A stretch of 64,000 nt of DNA from a virus. Positions 45,222-54,584 of this stretch are shown one piece after another (position 1 is the stretch's first letter; the number at the start of each line of letters is the position of its first letter). A program made the position numbers and the translations under genes. The notes beneath the pieces are model-generated. The model had not been told where the DNA came from. It saw only the letters and a program-made list of their open reading frames with translations, and did no database searches. The stretch is from positions 1-64,000 of IMG/VR virus record IMGVR_UViG_3300027749_000047; one strand, written 5' to 3'.

Positions 45222-47450
45222 ATGAGTAAAAAACCTGCTGGTCGTCCTTATCCTAATCTTGTGGATAACATGGCTGTTAGTAAGGCGCTTTTTAATAAAG
45301 GAAAAATTGCAAGTGCAGTTAAAAATAGATATGCTCGTCCTCTTGCTGATAATGAGTTTTATCATGGTACTAACTTAAAATCTGCTACAAAGATTAAAAC
45401 TCAAGGTTTTAAAACAGTTGACCCTAGAAAAAAAAATTATGAGCCTAGTAGTCACTTAAGATCCGCTGGGAGAAGTTCCACTGGATTTGGTCGCCCAATA
45501 CCTGAAGGAAACATGGGTCCTGGCGCTTATATGACAAAAAACAAATCTCACGCTAAAAAATATGCAAAAGGTAAGTCTGGATTGCCAGCTGTTGTTCGAT
45601 TGCAAGTACCTGAAAACACTAAATTTGTAGAAGTAGATCTTCATGATAAAAATCTAATTGCTTATGTTAACCATGGCAGAAAATCAAATGCTACACATAG
45701 TATTAATGGCCGAATTGCTAATTATGTTAAAAGAAATCATAATACTCATGGTATTTATGATGGTGATTATTATTATGGTCAAACTAAGCACGTAAAAATG
45801 GTTTCTGGCTTAAAACCTGTAAATATTGCTACCGATACTACTGCAGTCGGCGGTGCTGGCTATTACGGCAACAAAAAACTAAACAGTAAGCCTGTTAGTA
45901 AGTCTTGGGAAGAAGTATCTAAAGTATTTCCTCAACGGGCTATCCTCACGCAAGGTACGCGTAAGACACGAGTTATGGTGCATTATGAATATTCACCTAC
46001 ACATTGGGGAATTATTCATCCTACTGAAGGGCAGCGTGTAGCACACAAAGATAGTATTAGGTTTATTCCAAATAAAAAGCCTAAGAGTCCTGGTCCTGAT
46101 TTGTTTGGCGAACCTTTGAAAAAGTCGATGGAGTATAGTGTAGTTATGAATCAGTCCCGTTTTGGAAATGCTAGCAACGTAGCAAAATCACTAGATGATT
46201 ATTGGAAAAAAGAGCAGGCCGAGAAAGAGGCTGCTCATCGTTTGCAAATTAAAGAAACACATGCAATTAGCCGCAATGCTTTTAAACAAGGCGTTAAAGG
46301 CGGTTTGATTATTGGTGTACCTACTGCTGCGGGCGCTACTTATGGCACTATGAAAGCTAAAAAGAAACTTTCTGAAGTACGTAAAGCATCTCTGGGCGCT
46401 GGAAAAATCTTTGAAGGTGCTGCTAACGCTGCGCATCACGCAACTCCTGTTGGTCATGGTTCTGGTGATTTTAGTGCTGAGATGCGTCGCAGTATTCGTG
46501 AGCATGCTGAGCGCACGAGGGCAGCAGCTAATAAGCGTGGTAAGGAACTTGTTTTACGTCCTAAGCCAGGTGAACTTGTTGATACTCGCCCACCTGCGCC
46601 TAAGCCTGCTAAAAAAGGTAGAGAACTTGTTCGTTTGAAACAGGACGTTCCTACTGCTAGTGTCTCTGCGCCTCGCCCAATTAAAATTACTCGCCCGATT
46701 AAAATTACTCGTGGACCTGCTGCTGGCGCAGGAACAAGAGCGCCTTCTGTAGCACCTGCTGTAGCACCTGCTGCGGCGGCACCTAAAGGTGCTCCTGGCT
46801 TAGCGCATTTTGATGAAGGTGTTAAAACTAAGAGTTATGTTCCACATGCTTTGGCTGCTTCTGCTGCGGGTATTACTGGTGGCGTGGCTATTACTGATCC
46901 TGAGAAGCGTAAGAATTGGATTAATGGCGCTAAAAGCCAAATTCATGAGTTGACTAAGGCTGATGAGTACGATGCTGCAGGTAATTTAAAGCAGCCTGCA
47001 AAAATTTCTGGCAACACTGCTATGGGTCTTGCTGGCGCGGGTACGGTTGCTTTGGGTGCGCGTACTCTTGGGCGTGCAGGTAATCTTCCTTATACTGCAG
47101 CACGTAATGCTAATTTTGCTAACAATAATTTGATGCAACAACGTACTTTGCATGCTGATAAAGTAGCTAATACTCAGGCTGCCCAAGCTAAAGCTGCTAA
47201 GGCGCGTATGCCTTGGACTAAGGCTATGGCTAATAAAAATGTTGACCGAGCTGTGTATCATGAATCTCGTCAAGACCAGCGTCTTATTGCTCAAGAAGCT
47301 AAGACCGCTGAAGCGCATGCTTTGGCACATGCTGTTAAGCCTCGTATGAAGATGATGCGTAATGGTGGCATGGGTATGGTTGCTGGCGGTTCTTTGTTGG
47401 CTGCTGGTGCTTTGGTTAATGCTGGTAAAAAGCGTGAGGTTCCACAGTAA
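45222..47450 (+). CDS. Putative packaged head protein; N-terminal ADP-ribosyltransferase-like domain, then basic Gly/Ala-rich modules
   Basis: FYHGT...GF...GPGAYMT...AKKYA...VVRLQV; repeated VSKA/VSKS/LKKS/VAKS/VRKA/LTKA. Confidence 0.65.
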   Translation: MSKKPAGRPYPNLVDNMAVSKALFNKGKIASAVKNRYARPLADNEFYHGTNLKSATKIKTQGFKTVDPRKKNYEPSSHLRSAGRSSTGFGRPIPEGNMGPGAYMTKNKSHAKKYAKGKSGLPAVVRLQVPENTKFVEVDLHDKNLIAYVNHGRKSNATHSINGRIANYVKRNHNTHGIYDGDYYYGQTKHVKMVSGLKPVNIATDTTAVGGAGYYGNKKLNSKPVSKSWEEVSKVFPQRAILTQGTRKTRVMVHYEYSPTHWGIIHPTEGQRVAHKDSIRFIPNKKPKSPGPDLFGEPLKKSMEYSVVMNQSRFGNASNVAKSLDDYWKKEQAEKEAAHRLQIKETHAISRNAFKQGVKGGLIIGVPTAAGATYGTMKAKKKLSEVRKASLGAGKIFEGAANAAHHATPVGHGSGDFSAEMRRSIREHAERTRAAANKRGKELVLRPKPGELVDTRPPAPKPAKKGRELVRLKQDVPTASVSAPRPIKITRPIKITRGPAAGAGTRAPSVAPAVAPAAAAPKGAPGLAHFDEGVKTKSYVPHALAASAAGITGGVAITDPEKRKNWINGAKSQIHELTKADEYDAAGNLKQPAKISGNTAMGLAGAGTVALGARTLGRAGNLPYTAARNANFANNNLMQQRTLHADKVANTQAAQAKAAKARMPWTKAMANKNVDRAVYHESRQDQRLIAQEAKTAEAHALAHAVKPRMKMMRNGGMGMVAGGSLLAAGALVNAGKKREVPQ

Positions 47451-48103
47451 TGACTATTTCTCAGTCTCGTTATGGCAGTAATGCTGAAGTTGGTCGTGCG
47501 CCTAATCGTAAGCCTGTTAAGGATCAGCATCATTGGGGTGCTGCGGCTGGTTTAGGTGTGGCTGGCACTGGTCTTGGTGCTACTCGCGCTTCTAGTGTTT
47601 TGAGCAATAATGCTGGCGCTTCTAAAGGTAAGGCTAATCAATCTTTTGCCGGTGCTCGTATTAGTCGCGGTGATGCTAATCTTCAGCGTCAACTTCAGGC
47701 CAATGAGCAGGCTAAATTAACTAAATTGCGTGGCCGTACTAAAGGTCAGGCTATGTGGATTACTGATGGTCAGGGTAAGCGCATTAACATTCCTGCTGGT
47801 GCTTCTAATGGTGATATTAAAAACATCATGACGGGTGTTTCTCGTGATAGCGCTAGATATTCGCAAAGGGCTGGTATGCACGATAAAGCTGCGCAGGCTT
47901 CGCGCGACGAGGCTCGTAAGCATACAGAAAATTATGTTCGTATGAATCGTTATAGTAAGTTAGCGAGTCGTGGTGGCAAGGTGGCTATTGGTGCTGGTTT
48001 GTTGGGCGCGGCGGGCGCACTTGCTAATACTGAGCATGCTCGTGGTACAGTTGGCTACAAGCGACCTACACGCGCACAATTAAGGGGACGTAATGTCAGA
48101 TGA
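47450..48103 (+). CDS. Basic Gly/Ala-rich putative head protein
   Basis: 217 aa; SQSRYG motif shared with 45222 (NQSRFG). Confidence 0.6.
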   Translation: MTISQSRYGSNAEVGRAPNRKPVKDQHHWGAAAGLGVAGTGLGATRASSVLSNNAGASKGKANQSFAGARISRGDANLQRQLQANEQAKLTKLRGRTKGQAMWITDGQGKRINIPAGASNGDIKNIMTGVSRDSARYSQRAGMHDKAAQASRDEARKHTENYVRMNRYSKLASRGGKVAIGAGLLGAAGALANTEHARGTVGYKRPTRAQLRGRNVR

Positions 48104-49661
48104 TGTACGTTTGGCGGCTAGACAGACTGATGGGTTAAATGCGACACCTGCTGATATTCAGGCAATAGAGGAATTAAAAAATGCTTCTCCTTTTATGGAG
48201 CTTGGTACTACAGGTTTAAAGCGTGCCGGTGGTTACATTGATGAGCAGTTTCTTCCGCAGTTGCGTGGGCGTAAGGCTGTTCAAGTCTTTAAGGAAATGG
48301 CTGAGAATGACCCTTTAGTGGGTTCTTTGTGGTTCACTATTGATCGTCTTATTCGTAATGTTGAGTGGCGTGTTGAGCCTGCTAGTAAGTCTAAAGAAGA
48401 TACAGATAATGCCAAACTTGTAGAAACTTGTATGGATGACATGTCTCATACTTGGGATGACTTTATTTCTGAAGTTTTGTCTTGTGTCATTTATGGCTGG
48501 TCTTGGCATGAGATTGTTTATAAGCGTCGTATTGGTCCTTGGGAAAAAGATTCTTCTAAGCGTTCTAAGTACACTGATGGTCTTATTGGTTGGCGTAAGA
48601 TGCCTATTCGTGCGCAGGAAACTTTGTTGCGTTGGGCGTTTGATGATACGGGCGATGTGTCTGCAATGATTCAGTTGGCTCCGCCTCGTTATGAAACTAA
48701 AGTTTTACCTATTGAGCGTTCTTTGTTGTTTCGTTATCGTCATCAAAAAGGTAATCCTGAGGGTATGTCGATGCTTCGTCAGGCTTATCGTCCTTGGTAC
48801 ATGAAGAAGCGCCTTGAAGAGTATGAGGCTGTTGGTATTGAGCGTGACCTTGCTGGTTTACCTGTTGTTAAGGTTCCGGCAGAGTTTTTGCGTGCTAAGC
48901 CAGGTTCACAGCAAGCCCAAACTGTTGAAGCGTTTAAGCGCATGGTTAAGAGTGTGCGTCGCGATGAGCAAGAAGGCATTGTCTTTCCTATGGCTTACGA
49001 TCAAGATACTAAGCAACCTTTGTATTCTTTTGAACTCATGGGTGGCGGTGGTGCTCGTGCTTTTAATACTGATGCGATTATTCAGCGTTATGAGCAGCGT
49101 ATTCTTATGTCTGTGCTTGCTGACTTTATTATGGTCGGCCATGAGGGTAGCGGTTCTTACAGTTTGCATACCGATAAGACAGGTATCTTCCGTACATCTT
49201 TGAACTCTATTGCGGGTTCTATTGCGGATACGCTCAATCGGTATGCAATCCCTCGTTTGTTTTCTGTTAATGGTATGAAGCCTTCAGAGTTGCCTAAGAT
49301 TGTTCCTGGTGATGTTGATAGTCCAGATATTTCACAGTTGGCTCAGTTTATGTCTGCTATGTCTAGTACTGGTGTTACTTGGTTCCCAGATCCAACTATG
49401 GAAAACTTTATTCGCGATGCTGCGCGTTTGCCTAAACTTAATGATGAAGATGAAGAGCGTCGTCGTCAGATGCAGATGCGTACGGAAGCTACTCAGTATG
49501 CTCAGGCTAATATTGCGTATGTTCAGGCTAAGCAACAGTTGGCTCAAACTCTTATGGGTCAGATGCAGCAACCTGGTCAGCCGGGTCAACCTGCGCAACA
49601 AGATAGTCAACAAAATGCTGCGCAACAAGATAGTCAACAAAATCCTCAACAGGGGCAGTAA
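48093..49661 (+). CDS. Portal protein (DUF935-like)
   Basis: ELGTTGL, G.S.HEIVY, W.KM..R.Q, GNPEG.SMLR.AYRPWY.KK, GIERDLAGLP; Q-rich tail. Confidence 0.9.
   Translation: MSDDVRLAARQTDGLNATPADIQAIEELKNASPFMELGTTGLKRAGGYIDEQFLPQLRGRKAVQVFKEMAENDPLVGSLWFTIDRLIRNVEWRVEPASKSKEDTDNAKLVETCMDDMSHTWDDFISEVLSCVIYGWSWHEIVYKRRIGPWEKDSSKRSKYTDGLIGWRKMPIRAQETLLRWAFDDTGDVSAMIQLAPPRYETKVLPIERSLLFRYRHQKGNPEGMSMLRQAYRPWYMKKRLEEYEAVGIERDLAGLPVVKVPAEFLRAKPGSQQAQTVEAFKRMVKSVRRDEQEGIVFPMAYDQDTKQPLYSFELMGGGGARAFNTDAIIQRYEQRILMSVLADFIMVGHEGSGSYSLHTDKTGIFRTSLNSIAGSIADTLNRYAIPRLFSVNGMKPSELPKIVPGDVDSPDISQLAQFMSAMSSTGVTWFPDPTMENFIRDAARLPKLNDEDEERRRQMQMRTEATQYAQANIAYVQAKQQLAQTLMGQMQQPGQPGQPAQQDSQQNAAQQDSQQNPQQGQ
49591..49643 (+). 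repeat. 27-nt period tandem repeat in portal Q-rich tail
   Basis: CTGCGCAACAAGATAGTCAACAAAAT twice. Confidence 0.85.
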
Positions 49662-49918
49662 TGAATTTAACACTTGAACGTAGGGCGCAAATAACTGTTG
49701 CTGGTGCTTGTGCTCACATTGCTCAGGAAAACAATGCTGATGCTGCCAAATTGGTTAATATGTTTGTTACTGATGTTATGGAAGAAAATGGCATTAAGTT
49801 TGATGAGGCTTTGGAGATGCTTGCGCGTGCGGGTATTGCTATTTCTATGATGGCTGCTGAGCCTGATGTTGAGGAAACTTTTCGCCGTATTACTTTGACG
49901 TTGAGTGAGTTGCAGTGA
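49661..49918 (+). CDS. Hypothetical protein
   Basis: 85 aa, coupled to portal stop. Confidence 0.65.
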   Translation: MNLTLERRAQITVAGACAHIAQENNADAAKLVNMFVTDVMEENGIKFDEALEMLARAGIAISMMAAEPDVEETFRRITLTLSELQ

Positions 49919-51096
49919 ATAAGAAAAACAAAAATAGGCTTCATGGTGTTGAAGCTGCTGCAGTTGGTGGCAGTGTTGCTGGTGTTGGCGCAAACATTAA
50001 TTATCGTTCTGAAAAGGCTTTGCGTGCTTCTGGCAAAAAGGGTTTGTGGGATGCTACTAAAGCGCGTGAATTGGGTGTGGAGCATGCCAAGTTTGTTGGC
50101 TCTAAGTTAGGCGCTCGAGGTTTGCAGGTTACGGGTATTCCTTTGGCACTTGTTGGTGCTAAGCATGCTGTTACTGGCGAGCCTACTCGCCGTTTAGATA
50201 TTCATCATGATGTTGTTAAACCTGTGGCGCATAATGCTGTTATGGCTGATCAGTTAAAGCGTGGTGAAAAGAATTTAAGTAAAGCTGATGTTCCCGATTA
50301 TGAGGATAAGATTCTTAGTTCTAAGCGTCGCGCTAAAAACTTTTCTCGCGTTGCTGGCACTTTAGGTTTGGCTGCTCTTGGTACACGTGCGCCTGAGATT
50401 GCTAATTATGCCGCTAAGAAGGCACCTAAACTTGCTACTAATAAACATGTTGCAGGTATTATTGCTCATGAGCCTAAAGCAACTAAAGCTTCTAATACTT
50501 TAGGTATTGGTGCTATTGGCGTTGGCGCACTTGGTTCTTTTAATAATGCTAAGTTACAAAATCTTGAGTTTAAGCAAGGTAAGCAACGTAAGGCTGGTAT
50601 TGCTAAACGTGATGATAAGTTTTTAGCACAGCATCGTAATCGTATTAGTCCTGAGGCTGAAGAGGGATATAAATATCTACGCAATGGTGTCAAGCATCGT
50701 ACTTTTGATGCCGCCGCTGCAGGCGCCTTAGGTACTGGCGTTATTGCCTATTCTGCTAGAGATTTGCGTCATAAAAATAAGGCTGGCGCTGCTTTGGGTA
50801 CGTTGGCTGGTGCTATTACACTTAAAGAAGCGCATGATAATTATAAGGCTGCTAGGTCTTGGAATGCTAAGGCTAATAAGATTAAGGCTAAAGCTTATGA
50901 GCGTGAGGCTGCTGGTGAGTGGGGCAAGAATCGTCAAGTTACTGTTGCTAAGTCTTTGTGGGATGTTGATAAAGCATCTTTAGGTATGGTGCCTAATGTT
51001 CCTAAAGGTTTGATGCGTCGTCCGGCTATTAGGCAAGGGCATTTGATGAGAACGCGTAGTGGTAAGGTTGTTTCTGTTAATGGGTCGATTGGTTAA
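49915..51096 (+). CDS. Basic Gly/Ala-rich putative head protein
   Basis: 393 aa; LSKA, IAKR, VAKS, VDKA motifs separate hydrophobic G/A hairpins. Confidence 0.6.
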   Translation: MNKKNKNRLHGVEAAAVGGSVAGVGANINYRSEKALRASGKKGLWDATKARELGVEHAKFVGSKLGARGLQVTGIPLALVGAKHAVTGEPTRRLDIHHDVVKPVAHNAVMADQLKRGEKNLSKADVPDYEDKILSSKRRAKNFSRVAGTLGLAALGTRAPEIANYAAKKAPKLATNKHVAGIIAHEPKATKASNTLGIGAIGVGALGSFNNAKLQNLEFKQGKQRKAGIAKRDDKFLAQHRNRISPEAEEGYKYLRNGVKHRTFDAAAAGALGTGVIAYSARDLRHKNKAGAALGTLAGAITLKEAHDNYKAARSWNAKANKIKAKAYEREAAGEWGKNRQVTVAKSLWDVDKASLGMVPNVPKGLMRRPAIRQGHLMRTRSGKVVSVNGSIG

Positions 51097-51107
51097 GGGG
51101 TTTTGTT

Positions 51108-54100
51108 GTGTCATTGCTTGATGCGGTTCGTAAGGCTGTAGAGGAAGACCCTGAAGGTGGTTCTATTCTCATTGATGAGATTGTTTATTCTTTTTTGGCT
51201 GATGAGGCTGAGCAGATTCGTCCTGAAGTTCAGGAAATGTTATCTGAGTTTATGGCTGACCGTGTTGCTGTCGCTAAACGTGCGTTAGGTCGTGCTTATG
51301 TTGAAACTATGGCTAATGGTGAATACCCTGACCCTGAAGTTCAGAAGAATGCTGAGTGGATTGCTGGCATCGAGCGTTTTGTTGCTTCAGATATTTCTAA
51401 GGCTGATGATCGTCCTTTTGATGAGCGGTTGCATCCTCGTGGTAGCGGTGGTCGTTTTAGCACTAAAGCGCCTCATGCGGCTGAGGTAGCGGCTGGTGCT
51501 TATGTTGGTTATGCTGGCGCACAGCATCCTAAAAAGCATAGTGCTACTACTAAAACTCATGTAATGCCCGATGGTAGTGGTAAAAATGTTTATTCTGAGG
51601 GTATTGATGTAGATACTAAGAAACTTGTTGACCAGCATCAGTATCAATGGGATGCAGCTAATCAGCAGGCTAGTGATATTTTAAATAGTTTTGGTGGCGA
51701 TGCTAAAAATGTTAATCTACATATCACTGTTCAGAATAAACATAATGACAAAATGCGCGACATTATTGTCCCAGGTAGTGATGCTAAAGGTGGTTTGCCT
51801 GAAGATGCTGCTTGGTCATTAAATGATGATTACAAGTCTATGAGTGTTGAATCAGCAAAGTTAGATAGTCCTGATAAGCAAATTATGATTGATAGGCGCG
51901 TGGATGCCTACAATGTTATGGGTAATGCTGGTGGTCCTGCTATGGCAGAGTTAGGCGCTGTCGACCCTGCACGCTATTCTCAGTTACGCACTTCTATGGG
52001 CCGTAATTACATGCGCGATAACAAAAAGTCTAAAATGACTACGTTTTTTGACCGATTGCATGCTGGTGGTGGAGTTCTTCGAGAAGTCCCAGGTATGGAA
52101 AAGTATGGTCGTTTTGCACAGTTTGTTGGCGTTAATGGCCCAGAGGCTGAAGAAGCGCTTGGTCCTTATGCTAAACAAGCTGCGTATCGTTACCGCGGCA
52201 CTGAGAAAGAGCCAGATTTAGAAATAGTTACACAGTTCAATAGCACTACTATGAATGCTGTTAATGCTGTGGCTGTTAATCCTAATAATAAGTTGGCTAT
52301 GGATCATCTTGAAAATGAAATTTCTGGTCAGGGTGAGAAGGATGTAGTTGCTACTTCTGCTGTTTATGAAATGAATCACTTAAAGCGCACTCGTGGTGGT
52401 GAATACACTCCGGATGAATTAGCGCTTAATGTTCGTGCTGATGTGGCTACACGTCATTTGTTAAACACTTTACCAACTGACCCTTTTGTAGCTGATTTGT
52501 CACGCGCTGCAGGTAATGTTTTGCCTTCGCAAGGAATTATTATTGATGCTGATGGCGATGTTGTTTCGCAGTCTGTTGGTTTTGCGGATGACCACTATTT
52601 GCCGTTTGATCTTAAGAATCTTAAGTCTTTGCGTGGCGGTCAGTATGTTCGTACGCGCCAGCAAGGCGGTTTGACTGCTGAGGATGTTTACGCGTCTATT
52701 CGTACGGGTGCGCGTATGGCTACGGTTGTTTCATCTTCTGGTGTGTTTTCTTTAGAGTTTGACCCTAACTTCCGTGGTGCTCGCGCCAATTCTGATAAGG
52801 CTCGTCAGATGGTTGATCGTTATGTCAGCATTCTTGATGCAGTTCAAAATTCTAATCTTTACACTCAAGACATTGACCAGAAAGAAAAAGAGCGCTTAAA
52901 GGGTTTGGCTAACTCAATGGGTGCTACTGATGCAGAACGTAAGGATTTGTTTAATCATTATGTTGATCAAGCACGTAACGCTGGTGAGAATCTTAATGAA
53001 CAAGATTTACAGTTAATTCAAGAAGATGCTGTTAAACAGGTTGATAATGAAGGCTTTAAGTACAAGAATGAGCGTTACAATCGCCGTGTTAATGAAGTGT
53101 TTGATGAAATGGCTGAGCAAAAGCGTGCGCAACGCGTTTCGCGTCTAAATCTTAATTCAAAGGGTTATGATGCTGCGTTGCAGACTTTGCAGCAACAGTT
53201 CCCGTATTTTATTCGTTCTGTTAAGTATCAGCCTTTGACTGCTGATAAGAATGGCCAGCGCGGCTTTTTACAGTCTCTTGGTCAGTCTGGTGCTGCAGGT
53301 GCTCGTCAAAAGTTGTCTGCTAAAGACCAGGGTTATGTTAATGCTGGTGCTGGTGACCTTCGACCTAATGTTGGTTACCCAAAGCCTGCTGAAGAAAAGA
53401 TTGGTGCTGGCGCTACTAGCGAAACTAAACCAACTACTGGTGGTACTGAATCTAGTACTGCAGAGGCACCTAAGCCTAAGTCTGTTCCTAAGGCTAAATT
53501 CTTGGGTGATTTGGAAGTATTTACTGCTAGTGCCAATAAAGAAGCGGCGTCTGAAGTTGAAGAATTAGCATCTATTTTCCGTAGTCATGACCCAGGAATT
53601 CAAGGTGTTCCAGGTACTACTGAGTGGTCTGTAGCAAAAGGCGCTTTTGAAACTACTGGCGATAAACGTTTGGCTGCTAAGTATTTATTAGCTGCTTCAA
53701 ACAATGGCGAGCATGATGCTTTGGCTAAGGCTTACAAGTCAGACCCTGCTATTGTTGGTGCTGTTTTGTCAGATGAAAAAGCAGTTAAAGAAGCTCTTTC
53801 TGCTCTGTATGGTTCTGCTTGGCAAGGCGAGGCAGAAATTAGTTTTGGAATGTCACTTAAAGATTTGCAGGGAAATGTTCATTATGTGGCCGATAAAATT
53901 AACGAGGCTTTGGAATTAAAAACACCCTATGCCCCTGCATCTCATGGCCCTGCTGGTTTATTTTACACAGGCAATAAGCCTCAAGAAATGGCTGAGTTGG
54001 CTGCAGTTAACGATAAAGCAGGTCTCAAGAGCATGATTAATGCTAGCCCTGCTGTTGCCGAAATTGCTTCAGATCTTGATGGTTTAGATAATGCACAAAT

Positions 54101-54584
54101 GAGTGAACTTGTTGGCGAGCGTGTTGCTGTGCTTAAGAAAGCCAAGGATGCTCGTATTAGTGAATTGTTTAGCGCTGAGGCTGCTATTAATCCAGATGAT
54201 GCGCCCGCTAAGGCTTTATCAAAAGCAGATATTACTCCAGATGAGTGGAAAGCCGCTATGGGCTCTAGTGCTAGTTCACATTTTGGTACGTTCCAACAAT
54301 TCTTACCTGAAACCATTGATCAGCGTGCTCAGGCTACCCAGACTGCTTGGGGTGCTATTTACACGTCTAATTTGATGGATAAGTTGGAGGAGTTGAAAGC
54401 ATCTTCCGCTAAGGCAGGTGGTGTTGAGGCCCCAAAAGCGGAACCCCCAGTGGGGGAATTAGCGAAAAGCCAGCCGGTGTCCTCGTCCCGACGGGTGCAA
54501 GTCGCGAAGAACCATTGGCTAGCCCAAGAGGTAGCGGTGAGGCGCGAGGCGGGCCTACCTCTGGTGCCGACCCGCAAAAGGTAG
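51108..54584 (+). CDS. Large putative head/ejection protein
   Basis: 1158 aa; ISKA then FDERLHPRGSGGRF; central degenerate JAB-like segment. Confidence 0.7.
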   Translation: MSLLDAVRKAVEEDPEGGSILIDEIVYSFLADEAEQIRPEVQEMLSEFMADRVAVAKRALGRAYVETMANGEYPDPEVQKNAEWIAGIERFVASDISKADDRPFDERLHPRGSGGRFSTKAPHAAEVAAGAYVGYAGAQHPKKHSATTKTHVMPDGSGKNVYSEGIDVDTKKLVDQHQYQWDAANQQASDILNSFGGDAKNVNLHITVQNKHNDKMRDIIVPGSDAKGGLPEDAAWSLNDDYKSMSVESAKLDSPDKQIMIDRRVDAYNVMGNAGGPAMAELGAVDPARYSQLRTSMGRNYMRDNKKSKMTTFFDRLHAGGGVLREVPGMEKYGRFAQFVGVNGPEAEEALGPYAKQAAYRYRGTEKEPDLEIVTQFNSTTMNAVNAVAVNPNNKLAMDHLENEISGQGEKDVVATSAVYEMNHLKRTRGGEYTPDELALNVRADVATRHLLNTLPTDPFVADLSRAAGNVLPSQGIIIDADGDVVSQSVGFADDHYLPFDLKNLKSLRGGQYVRTRQQGGLTAEDVYASIRTGARMATVVSSSGVFSLEFDPNFRGARANSDKARQMVDRYVSILDAVQNSNLYTQDIDQKEKERLKGLANSMGATDAERKDLFNHYVDQARNAGENLNEQDLQLIQEDAVKQVDNEGFKYKNERYNRRVNEVFDEMAEQKRAQRVSRLNLNSKGYDAALQTLQQQFPYFIRSVKYQPLTADKNGQRGFLQSLGQSGAAGARQKLSAKDQGYVNAGAGDLRPNVGYPKPAEEKIGAGATSETKPTTGGTESSTAEAPKPKSVPKAKFLGDLEVFTASANKEAASEVEELASIFRSHDPGIQGVPGTTEWSVAKGAFETTGDKRLAAKYLLAASNNGEHDALAKAYKSDPAIVGAVLSDEKAVKEALSALYGSAWQGEAEISFGMSLKDLQGNVHYVADKINEALELKTPYAPASHGPAGLFYTGNKPQEMAELAAVNDKAGLKSMINASPAVAEIASDLDGLDNAQMSELVGERVAVLKKAKDARISELFSAEAAINPDDAPAKALSKADITPDEWKAAMGSSASSHFGTFQQFLPETIDQRAQATQTAWGAIYTSNLMDKLEELKASSAKAGGVEAPKAEPPVGELAKSQPVSSSRRVQVAKNHWLAQEVAVRREAGLPLVPTRKR
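54431..54456 (+). other. Candidate programmed -1 frameshift signal
   Basis: C CCA AAA at 54431-54437 in frame; -1 frame TGA at 54425-54427 just before; CCCCC-AGT-GGGGG hairpin 6 nt downstream. Confidence 0.75.

Noticed and set aside
46675-46772. Short tandem repeats (RPIKIT twice, VAPA twice) as a contingency locus
   Set aside because: Two copies each, in-frame multiples of 3, in a Pro/Ala-rich linker; no phase-variation potential.
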